39,708 nt of DNA from a virus: IMG/VR virus record IMGVR_UViG_3300045988_140580. One strand, 5' to 3'. Made by a program: the position numbers and the translations under genes. Within the stretch, counting starts at the first letter, position 1. Every line of letters begins with the position of its first letter. The notes under the pieces are model-generated. The model saw nothing but the letters and a program-made list of their open reading frames with translations. It did no database searches and was not told where the DNA came from. Below are positions 5,096-12,458 of this stretch, piece by piece.

Positions 5096-7636
5096 ATGTA
5101 TACGCTGGAACAACAATTGGAAGTTGAAAAAATGTATAAGACAGTAGCGGAAGATTCCTTTTTTTCAAAATTGAATCAAGACAAGCAAGAAGGTAACTAT
5201 TCTAGAAGTTCCATAGGTAAAGGAATTATAAAGCAGGTTATGGCACCTTTTACAAAAAACATACACATAAAACTACAGGAAGTCACACTGAGTAAAAAAG
5301 GAGTAAAACCTAAATATTATGCAGTTCTCAAAAAATTCATGGATTACTATATAAACGACATGGATACTTTTGTTAATACATTAGCATTACAAACAATAAA
5401 GGTAGTAGTAAACAACATTGCTACCAATAGAAAAAACTGCAATATGATAGCTAGTGTTATAGGTACAGAACTACAAGATGAAGTAGAATTATATGCCTTT
5501 ATGCATACTGTCGAACATGCAGAAACAAGATATAGTAAAGACATAAATAAACGTGTAGGGAGGAGTTTCAAGAAGAATTTTATCTTACATGCATATCAAG
5601 GGAATGATTTTGTATTTCCTAAATTCAAAAAAACGGAGCTTACAGCTTTAGGCATGGAAATGATAGCTATACTTACAGAATCAGTAGACTTTTTCTACAT
5701 AGCTATGACAGGCGAAAAAGGTTTATTGGAGTTACATCCTAGTGATATGTTTTTACAAGCTGTCATAAAGTCGGAAGAAAACATTATGTCTAGGACGGTT
5801 AAATTAGTACCAACTATAATACCTCCTAAAGCATGGAAAGGAATATTTGAAGGAGGGTATTATGGGGCGTTAGGTATCCAAAATAGATTTATGCGTCATC
5901 ATCCCTATATGAAAGGCACAAAAACATTAAGTAGATACCTGGCACGGCTTAATGAATTAGACCTAACACCTATTTACAGAGCAGTTAATAGGATCCAGAA
6001 CACTGCCTATCATATCAATAGTTATATGCTCGATGTAGTAGGTTCTATATTAGAAAGCGGTGGAAATAGGGCAGGTATACCCCAGATGAAACCATATGAA
6101 AAACTTCCGGCTTTTCCGTATGGAGACAAAGAGATAGAAGAGTCTGAGGAATTGCAAGTGCTATTTAAAGAACATAAGAAGAAAATGATAACCATGATAC
6201 ATAAAGAAAACCAGAGACAAGGCAAGGCGCTAAGGTGCACCATGGTGTACAAATTAGCTAAAGATTTTAGCAGATTTGAGACAATATACTTCCCAATGAA
6301 TATTGATTTTCGAGGGCGTATATATCCCATTCCTACGGGTCTTAATCCACAGGGGGATGATATGACAAAAGGTTTACTGGAATATGCTTTTCCTAAAGCT
6401 GTGTCTAGTGAAGATTCCTTGCAATGGCTTATGATTCACGGTGCAGGGTTAGCAGGGCACGATAAAATTTGTCTGGATGAACGTGTACAATGGGTACAGG
6501 ATAACAAAGATAACATTGTAAATAGTGTCGATAATCCCATAGGGTACACATGGTGGCAAGAGCAGGATAAACCTTTCCAGTTCCTAGCGTGGTGCAGGGA
6601 ATACGTCAATGCCTTAGCTTATATGTTTGCACACAATGGCTCTTTAATAGGGTTCGAGTGTCATTGTGTAATAGCATATGACGGTACCTGCTCTGGACTT
6701 CAGCATTACTCTGCATTACTGAGAGATCCTGTTGGTGGCAGTGCGGTAAATCTGGTGGACCATGATAAGCCTAGTGATATTTATCAGGAAGTAGCAAATA
6801 AAGTTCTGATATCAGTAGAGAATGATTCTCATAATGGCACTATAGAAGATACAGACAGAAAAGGAAATAAGATACCTGGTACAAAAGCAATAGCGGAAGC
6901 ATGGCTTGCACATGGTATCACACGGAAAGTTTGTAAACGCCCTGTAATGACACTAGCCTATGGATCTGGGCAATATGGTTTTGGGGACCAGATTTTTGAA
7001 GATACGACAAAAGACAATCCCTTCTTTAATGGTGTAGGTGACTTCAGGGCAGCTAGATATATGGCTAGTAAGGTATGGGAGACTGTACAGACAACTGTAG
7101 TTTCTGCTACACAGGGCATGTCTTTTCTTAAGGAGTTAGCTAATGAGTTAGCGTCTGATAATATGCCTGTAGAATGGATTACACCGTTGGGATTGCCTGT
7201 ACAACAGATGTATCTTGATTTACATACGGAATGCTTCAGGTTACGGTTTGGTGGTGCCAGTGTGCGCTATCGTATATATGTTACAGAGCCGAAGGAAGGG
7301 GAAGACACAGACAAAAAGAAGCAGGTGTCTGGTGTTGCTCCTAACTTCATTCACTCCCTAGATGCTACTCACTTGATGATGTCTGTTAATGCTTGTGAGA
7401 ATGTGTCTAACTTCACTACGGTCCATGATTCATTTGGTACGTCATTAGGTGAAGCAGAGGAGCTGAGAGAAGTTATTAGACAGCAAATGGTTAAATTGTA
7501 TAGTGAAAATGAGCCACTAAAAGATTTTAAAGCTCATGCTGAAGAATTGCTAGGCAAACATATTGATATAGATTTACCCCGAAAAGGCACATTAGATATC
7601 AATTCTATTTTGTCTAGCAAATTTGTGTTTCACTAA
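5096..7636 (+). CDS. T7-like single-subunit DNA-dependent RNA polymerase
   Basis: The 846-aa protein has TTVHDSFGT (T7 RNAP motif C HDSFGT) and a palm/fingers region similar to T7 gene 1. The start is ATG 5096 after AAAGGTGG; the track's upstream ATG 5018 would place promoter P1 inside the gene. Confidence 0.95.
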   Translation: MYTLEQQLEVEKMYKTVAEDSFFSKLNQDKQEGNYSRSSIGKGIIKQVMAPFTKNIHIKLQEVTLSKKGVKPKYYAVLKKFMDYYINDMDTFVNTLALQTIKVVVNNIATNRKNCNMIASVIGTELQDEVELYAFMHTVEHAETRYSKDINKRVGRSFKKNFILHAYQGNDFVFPKFKKTELTALGMEMIAILTESVDFFYIAMTGEKGLLELHPSDMFLQAVIKSEENIMSRTVKLVPTIIPPKAWKGIFEGGYYGALGIQNRFMRHHPYMKGTKTLSRYLARLNELDLTPIYRAVNRIQNTAYHINSYMLDVVGSILESGGNRAGIPQMKPYEKLPAFPYGDKEIEESEELQVLFKEHKKKMITMIHKENQRQGKALRCTMVYKLAKDFSRFETIYFPMNIDFRGRIYPIPTGLNPQGDDMTKGLLEYAFPKAVSSEDSLQWLMIHGAGLAGHDKICLDERVQWVQDNKDNIVNSVDNPIGYTWWQEQDKPFQFLAWCREYVNALAYMFAHNGSLIGFECHCVIAYDGTCSGLQHYSALLRDPVGGSAVNLVDHDKPSDIYQEVANKVLISVENDSHNGTIEDTDRKGNKIPGTKAIAEAWLAHGITRKVCKRPVMTLAYGSGQYGFGDQIFEDTTKDNPFFNGVGDFRAARYMASKVWETVQTTVVSATQGMSFLKELANELASDNMPVEWITPLGLPVQQMYLDLHTECFRLRFGGASVRYRIYVTEPKEGEDTDKKKQVSGVAPNFIHSLDATHLMMSVNACENVSNFTTVHDSFGTSLGEAEELREVIRQQMVKLYSENEPLKDFKAHAEELLGKHIDIDLPRKGTLDINSILSSKFVFH

Positions 7637-7654
7637 GCAAGAACATAGAGTTTT

Positions 7655-7720
7655 GCAGAAGCACGTATAGAGTAGAAGCATAGGTTTAGACAAAAGTCAA
7701 GACTTCTGCTTCTACTTTTT
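7655..7720 (+). terminator. Hairpin(s) plus T-run after the RNAP gene (AGTAGAAGCA ... TGCTTCTACTTTTT; alternative GCAGAAG/CTTCTGC)
   Basis: 10-bp stem at 7671-7680 / 7707-7716 followed by TTTTT. Confidence 0.55.
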
Positions 7721-7743
7721 AATTGTCCCACATATACTGAAAA
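7721..7743 (+). promoter_or_regulatory. Promoter half-site variant AATTGTCCCACATATACTG, in tandem 27 bp upstream of P2
   Basis: Shares ATTGTCCCAC with the promoter family but diverges downstream (CATATA instead of CTATTAAGAGAGA). The same tandem arrangement recurs at 39358. Confidence 0.4.
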
Positions 7744-7746
7744 TCT

Positions 7747-7778
7747 TATTGTCCCACTATTAAGAGAGAAGGGAAAGG
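7747..7778 (+). promoter_or_regulatory. Phage-RNAP promoter P2: TATTGTCCCACTATTAAGAGAGAAGGGAAAGG
   Basis: Consensus family member. The CACTAT core matches T7 promoters (TCACTATAGGGAGA). It occupies the position of T7 phi1.1. Confidence 0.75.
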
Positions 7779-7884
7779 AATACCTTAGGTATATTAAGTA
7801 TTCCTTAGTTACTTTCTTGGTTACTTACTTAGTAGTTAGTTAGTAGTATTCCTAAGGAATACTAGGAAGGAGCAGAGAAGAGAA
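7776..7884 (+). other. Structured 5' leader downstream of P2 (12-bp stem AGTATTCCTTAG ... CTAAGGAATACT around a loop rich in TAGT/TTAG repeats)
   Basis: Inverted repeat at 7797-7808 / 7851-7862. An alternative pairing is GGAATAC with GTATTCC. Confidence 0.45.
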
Positions 7885-8307
7885 ATGTACAGCGTAGGAG
7901 ATTATGTAGTTATTCGAGAAATACCGGAAACCAATCGTTTTTCTAAATATAACGGTTTGGTTGCTAAAATTATCGGTAAACCTTACTCACAAATTTTAGT
8001 CTATGAAGTATGTATCTGTGGGTTAGAAGATGAAGGTAGTATCTATGTTGAAAGTGTTAATTTAGAACCATATGAAGATGTAGATTGCTACCATGACTCC
8101 CACTACAGAAACAGTGTCTTAGAACCCATTCTGGTAATGCAGAGTATGTTCACGCATGAAGAGTTCATAGGATTTCTCAAGGGAAACATTCTGAAATACA
8201 GATTACGCCTGGGACATAAAGACGATATCCAAAAGGAAATGGACAAGATACAGAGATACGAACAGTGGTTAGCAGAAGCAGAGGAGGGTAAGAAAATTAC
8301 GATATGA
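7885..8307 (+). CDS. Hypothetical protein (140 aa), first gene after P2
   Basis: ORF with RBS GGAAGGAG. No confident motif. Confidence 0.55.
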   Translation: MYSVGDYVVIREIPETNRFSKYNGLVAKIIGKPYSQILVYEVCICGLEDEGSIYVESVNLEPYEDVDCYHDSHYRNSVLEPILVMQSMFTHEEFIGFLKGNILKYRLRLGHKDDIQKEMDKIQRYEQWLAEAEEGKKITI

Positions 8308-8789
8308 TTTACAAAATTGAATTTCATAAATTACGGGATGATGTAGTAGTTCCACAGATTCAGACGGAGGGTTCAGCAGGTGCAGACTTAGTGGTACCAG
8401 ATGATACCTATATCCCACCTTTCCATAGTGTGGGTCACGGAACGCTTGTGCCTTTAGGGTTCTCTTTAGATATCCCTAAAGGAATGCAGGTACACATTAT
8501 GTTACGGTCAAGTGTAGGGCTGAATACTCCATTACGATTATCTAATGGTGTCGGTTTGATTGACTCAGATTACAAAGGCGAAATTTGTCTGCTATTAGAT
8601 AATTTGTCTAAAAATATCGTTTTTATCAAAAGTGGGACTCGAATAGCACAAATGCTACCTTTTTGCAGTGCGAAGTGGGAACTTTCTTCTATTGTCCCAC
8701 TATCAAGAGAGAAGAGGGATAAAATCCCAATCCAGAAAAGAACAGGTGGATTCGGTTCCACCAACAGAAAAAGGAGCGATAGCGAATGA
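8304..8789 (+). CDS. dut: dUTP pyrophosphatase (dUTPase)
   Basis: Trimeric dUTPase motifs: GSAGADL (motif 2), GLIDSDYKGE (motif 3) and RTGGFGSTN (motif 5). 161 aa. Promoter P3 is embedded in its 3' part. Confidence 0.85.
   Translation: MIYKIEFHKLRDDVVVPQIQTEGSAGADLVVPDDTYIPPFHSVGHGTLVPLGFSLDIPKGMQVHIMLRSSVGLNTPLRLSNGVGLIDSDYKGEICLLLDNLSKNIVFIKSGTRIAQMLPFCSAKWELSSIVPLSREKRDKIPIQKRTGGFGSTNRKRSDSE
8690..8721 (+). promoter_or_regulatory. Phage-RNAP promoter P3: TATTGTCCCACTATCAAGAGAGAAGAGGGATA (inside dut, upstream of SSB, like T7 phi2.5)
   Basis: Family member with one substitution (T to C). Confidence 0.7.
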
Positions 8790-9328
8790 AAATCAAAGGG
8801 AAAGCATTTTGGGCAAAAGTAAGGACACCAGAAACATATCAGGGAAATCCTGTGGGATACTCTGTACAGGTTGAAATGCCTGAGGAAAATCTTCAGCGCA
8901 TGAAGGATTACTTTACTGACAAATGCAAAAATGAACAGTTTACAGACAAACGTTGTGATGGTGAAATCACACTGCCAATCAAGGTCGATGAAACCACAGG
9001 TAGAAAAACGGTAAAGGTAAAGACTAAACACTTCTATGTCGAAAAAGCTACAGGCAAGCAGGTTAATAAGGTAATCCCTATTTACAACGAATATGGTGAA
9101 ATTATTCCGGAAGATGTACTTATTGGGAACGGCTCTGATGTAGAAGTAGCCTGTAACTGCAAATTCTTCTATGATTCTGCTAAGAAGTGGGGCGTACGGC
9201 TCTACTTACAGAGCATGATGGTCACTAACCTTGTCAAATACAGTACAGACGGTTCAGATGAATTCGAGTTTAAGAAACGTCCTGAAGTGGAAGAAGCAGA
9301 CGTGCAGGAAGATGAGGTGGATTTCTAA
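8786..9328 (+). CDS. T7 gp2.5-like single-stranded DNA-binding protein
   Basis: 180-aa protein. The acidic C-terminal tail ends in ...EEADVQEDEVDF, with a terminal Phe as in gp2.5. Gene order matches T7. Confidence 0.8.
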   Translation: MKIKGKAFWAKVRTPETYQGNPVGYSVQVEMPEENLQRMKDYFTDKCKNEQFTDKRCDGEITLPIKVDETTGRKTVKVKTKHFYVEKATGKQVNKVIPIYNEYGEIIPEDVLIGNGSDVEVACNCKFFYDSAKKWGVRLYLQSMMVTNLVKYSTDGSDEFEFKKRPEVEEADVQEDEVDF

Positions 9329-9333
9329 TACGA

Positions 9334-9804
9334 ATTGGTGGCATACATAAGAATAAACGTGGTACACGTTCAAAGTATGAAGAGACACTTTTACAGAATC
9401 TAAAAGACAGAAGTGTCTCTTTTGCATATGAGCAGTATTCTTTGAAGTACACAGTGGAACATACATATACACCTGATTTTGTACTACCTAACGGCATTAT
9501 TGTAGAAGCCAAAGATGGTGAAGGTGGGTATGCTCATGTTGGCAAAAGCTCATACTACAGGGGTTCTCTGGATTCCGCAGCCAGAGGGAAGATGTTGCGT
9601 ATCAAGAAGCTGTATCCGAACTTAGATATACGCTTTGTCTTCCGAACAGATCAGACACTGCATAGTCTGGGAAAAAAATGTAGTACATGGTGTAAAGAAC
9701 ATGGTTTCAAGTATCACATAGGTGACTCCATACCAGACAGTTGGCTGAAAGAAGAGCCTAAGGATACAGAAGGATTACTACTGAAAAAGAGAAAGGAGAA
9801 ATAG
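9334..9804 (+). CDS. T7 endonuclease I-like Holliday-junction resolvase. Start codon uncertain (no in-frame ATG/GTG/TTG upstream of the conserved N-terminus).
   Basis: HTYTPDFVLPNGIIVEAKDG matches T7 gp3 YTPDFLLPNGIFVETKG. The reading frame is open from 9316, and the upstream peptide (GGIHKNKRGTRSKYEETLLQNLKDRSVSFAYEQY) aligns with the T7 gp3 N-terminus. The track starts the ORF at TTG 9442. Confidence 0.8.
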   Translation: MGGIHKNKRGTRSKYEETLLQNLKDRSVSFAYEQYSLKYTVEHTYTPDFVLPNGIIVEAKDGEGGYAHVGKSSYYRGSLDSAARGKMLRIKKLYPNLDIRFVFRTDQTLHSLGKKCSTWCKEHGFKYHIGDSIPDSWLKEEPKDTEGLLLKKRKEK

Positions 9805-9807
9805 TTA

Positions 9808-10155
9808 TTGTTAAAGTTTAGAGACAGAGAAGATACAGAATTTGTACGTGTCTATTGGCATGATTTAAATGGTCTGTCTGTCCCTGGACTGCTTAAGGAG
9901 ATTAGGAGAACTAAGGGTGACTTTACTGCTCCATATCACATGATTATTACTAAGGATGGTACGATTCATCATATTAGAAATCTGGAAGCGGTTGCAGGGT
10001 ATGAACTGGCAGACAATGAGTTTGGAGTGCACATCTTAGTTGATTCCATTAGTAGAGATTTAATGACTAGAGTACAGCGGTTATCTCTGGAGGATGTTCT
10101 AAATGATATCAATGTAAAATATCCAGATATACCTGAAGAAAACTATTATGAATGA
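9808..10155 (+). CDS. T7 lysozyme (gp3.5, amidase_2/PGRP)-like protein, C-terminally truncated and lacking the Zn ligands. Probable RNAP-regulatory, non-catalytic homolog.
   Basis: Collinear with T7 gp3.5 (FRDREDTEFVRVYW / LKEIRR..G...YHMIITKDGTI / EFGVHILVD), but it ends about 35 aa early. T7 positions H122/K128/C130 are absent. TTG start. Confidence 0.65.
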   Translation: MLKFRDREDTEFVRVYWHDLNGLSVPGLLKEIRRTKGDFTAPYHMIITKDGTIHHIRNLEAVAGYELADNEFGVHILVDSISRDLMTRVQRLSLEDVLNDINVKYPDIPEENYYE

Positions 10156-11740
10156 TAATGTTCCTATTAAAACGCATTTACCGTGTCCGGATTGTGGTTC
10201 TCATGATGCATTAACAGAGTATTCAGATGGGCACACATATTGTTTCTCATGTCAGACAGTCAGGAATACTTTAGCGCGTGAAAGTAAATTGATTGACATA
10301 AACTCTTTGTCTTTCTCACCACTAAAAAAGCGCGGTATTATGACAAACACATGTGAGAAATATCATTATTACACAGGATATCACAACGGGAAACCTGTTC
10401 ACGTAGCTTGCTATTATGACGACACAGGGGAGCTGATAGGTCAGAAAGTACGCTATCCAGATAAGACGTTTGAGACAATCGGAAAGATTTCTAAAAGGTT
10501 TTTCGGACAGGAGCTGTTCTCTAGCAGGGGAAAGTTAGTTATCACTGAAGGTGAAATTGACTGTCTTACTGTCTCACAGCTGCAGGGGAATAAGTATCCA
10601 GTTGTGTCCATCCCAACAGGTGTTGTGTCTGCTAAAAAAGTGATAACGCATAACATGGAGTGGCTTTCACAGTTCGATGAAATCATTCTGATGTTCGATA
10701 TGGATGAGCCGGGGAGAAAAGCCGTAAAAGAATGTGCAGGCCTTCTCAAAGGCATTAAGGTAGCTAATTTACCTATGAAAGATCCTAACGAATGTCTGTT
10801 AAATGACAAAGGTCAAGCTGTGATAAATGCTATATGGAATGCGAAACCATACAGGCCGGATGGAATAGTTAATGGTGCTGAACTATGGGATATTGTAGAT
10901 AGTGAGGAAGACACAAAAGGGTACAGTTATCCTTGGGATATTCCATTAAATGACATGACACTCGGTATGCGAAAAGGCGAACTGGTAGTGATTACCGCAG
11001 GGACAGGCGTAGGTAAAACTACATTTGTCAGACAACTTATGTATGAATTAGGTGTCAATCAGGGCCGGAAGATAGGCTGTATGATGCTAGAAGAAAATAT
11101 TAAACGTACAGCAATCGGCCTTATGTCTATCCATACAGGTAATAGATTGCACTTAAATAGACATGCAATATCGGAAGAAGAATATCATAAAGCATTCGAT
11201 GAGACACTGGGTACAGGTCACTATGTCTTATACAATCATTTTGGTTCACTCGATGGTGACAACTTACTCAACAAAATACGATACCTGGCTATCTCAGAAG
11301 AGTGTGATTTCATAGTTTTAGATCATGTGTCTATAGCTGTTTCGGGTCTTGAAGGAGATAACGAGCGGAAACTCATAGACTATCTTATGACACAAATGAG
11401 GAGCATAGTAGAAGAAACTGGTGTAGGTATGTTGGTTATCAGTCACTTAAGGCGACCAGATACATCGCAACAATCTCATGAGGAAGGCGGAATAACGTCT
11501 TTGTCTCAGTTAAGAGGTTCTCATGCTATTTCTCAGTTATCAGACATAGTTATTGGCTTGGAGAGAAACCAACAGGATGAGGATGAACATATGAAAAACA
11601 CCATAAAAATACGGGTTCTTAAGAATCGGTTCAGTGGCGATACTGGAATAGCCGGATACCTAGAGTACAGTAAGAAGACAGACAGATTAGAAGTAAAAGG
11701 AAAGAGGGAGAATAATAATGATGATGAAGCAGAGTTTTAA
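10148..11740 (+). CDS. T7 gp4-like primase-helicase
   Basis: Zinc ribbon CPDCGSHDALTEYSDGHTYCFSCQ, TOPRIM ITEGEIDCLTV, Walker A GTGVGKTT, and helicase motifs. Confidence 0.93.
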   Translation: MNDNVPIKTHLPCPDCGSHDALTEYSDGHTYCFSCQTVRNTLARESKLIDINSLSFSPLKKRGIMTNTCEKYHYYTGYHNGKPVHVACYYDDTGELIGQKVRYPDKTFETIGKISKRFFGQELFSSRGKLVITEGEIDCLTVSQLQGNKYPVVSIPTGVVSAKKVITHNMEWLSQFDEIILMFDMDEPGRKAVKECAGLLKGIKVANLPMKDPNECLLNDKGQAVINAIWNAKPYRPDGIVNGAELWDIVDSEEDTKGYSYPWDIPLNDMTLGMRKGELVVITAGTGVGKTTFVRQLMYELGVNQGRKIGCMMLEENIKRTAIGLMSIHTGNRLHLNRHAISEEEYHKAFDETLGTGHYVLYNHFGSLDGDNLLNKIRYLAISEECDFIVLDHVSIAVSGLEGDNERKLIDYLMTQMRSIVEETGVGMLVISHLRRPDTSQQSHEEGGITSLSQLRGSHAISQLSDIVIGLERNQQDEDEHMKNTIKIRVLKNRFSGDTGIAGYLEYSKKTDRLEVKGKRENNNDDEAEF

Positions 11741-12188
11741 GGTTCCTGTTCATGATTATGGGATTACATTAACAGAAATTCCAGATGAAATCACTCTGTA
11801 TTTTAACATTGGAAATTGTGAGTGCCATTGTAAAGGTTGTCATAGTGATTTTCTGTGGGATACACATTTAAATACGCCGATGAAAACGGTAGATGAAATT
11901 TTGTCTATTGTCAAGAAATACAAAGAGGATGTAACAGCTATTGTGTTCATGGGTGGCAATCGTAATGGTATGGATTTTGAAGAATTTGCAGATAAAGTGT
12001 TGAAGCCTGTGTCTGAATTTATGGATGTTGGTATCTACATGGGAGCTTGGGATGCTAATGATTTATTCGTTGCATCTCAATATTGCCGATGGATTAAAGT
12101 AGGCTGCTACAAAGAAGATTATGGTGGACTAGATTCTCCAGCTACCAATCAGCTGTTTTTTGAAGTACAAAATTATAAATTCTTATAG
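11718..12188 (+). CDS. nrdG: Anaerobic ribonucleotide reductase activating protein (NrdG-like radical-SAM activase)
   Basis: GNCECHCKGCHSDFLWD matches the NrdG CxxxCxxC cluster and context (T4 NrdG ...FFQGCPHHCPGCQNPETW). About 156 aa, like T4 NrdG. Adjacent to NrdD. Confidence 0.7.
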   Translation: MMMKQSFKVPVHDYGITLTEIPDEITLYFNIGNCECHCKGCHSDFLWDTHLNTPMKTVDEILSIVKKYKEDVTAIVFMGGNRNGMDFEEFADKVLKPVSEFMDVGIYMGAWDANDLFVASQYCRWIKVGCYKEDYGGLDSPATNQLFFEVQNYKFL

Positions 12189-12197
12189 GTGGTAACA

Positions 12198-12458
12198 ATG
12201 ACGTTTACATTACATGTTATTAAAGGTTGTGCATACTGTGATGCTATTTTGTCTTTATATCCATCATTGGTAAAGAGATATCCTAAGTTATATTTCAATA
12301 TGAAATGTGATGAAAGTGCAAATGAGGGTACAGTATATCCATATATTGAAGCATATCATCTTGATGTTGACGGTGTGTATAGAGACAAAAAAGATTCCAT
12401 GCTATACATCAATGATGTTGTAGATTTTGTAGAAAGGAGTCTTAATAAAGGTAAATGA
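12198..12458 (+). CDS. Glutaredoxin/NrdH-like thioredoxin-fold protein
   Basis: CAYC (CxxC) after the first beta-strand. Lies between nrdG and nrdD. ATG 12198 follows AGGTGG. Confidence 0.5.
   Translation: MTFTLHVIKGCAYCDAILSLYPSLVKRYPKLYFNMKCDESANEGTVYPYIEAYHLDVDGVYRDKKDSMLYINDVVDFVERSLNKGK

Noticed and set aside
8570-9031. 153-aa minus-strand ORF spanning the dut/SSB junction
   Set aside because: Antisense to two well-supported genes. Hydrophobic, low-complexity translation with no RBS.
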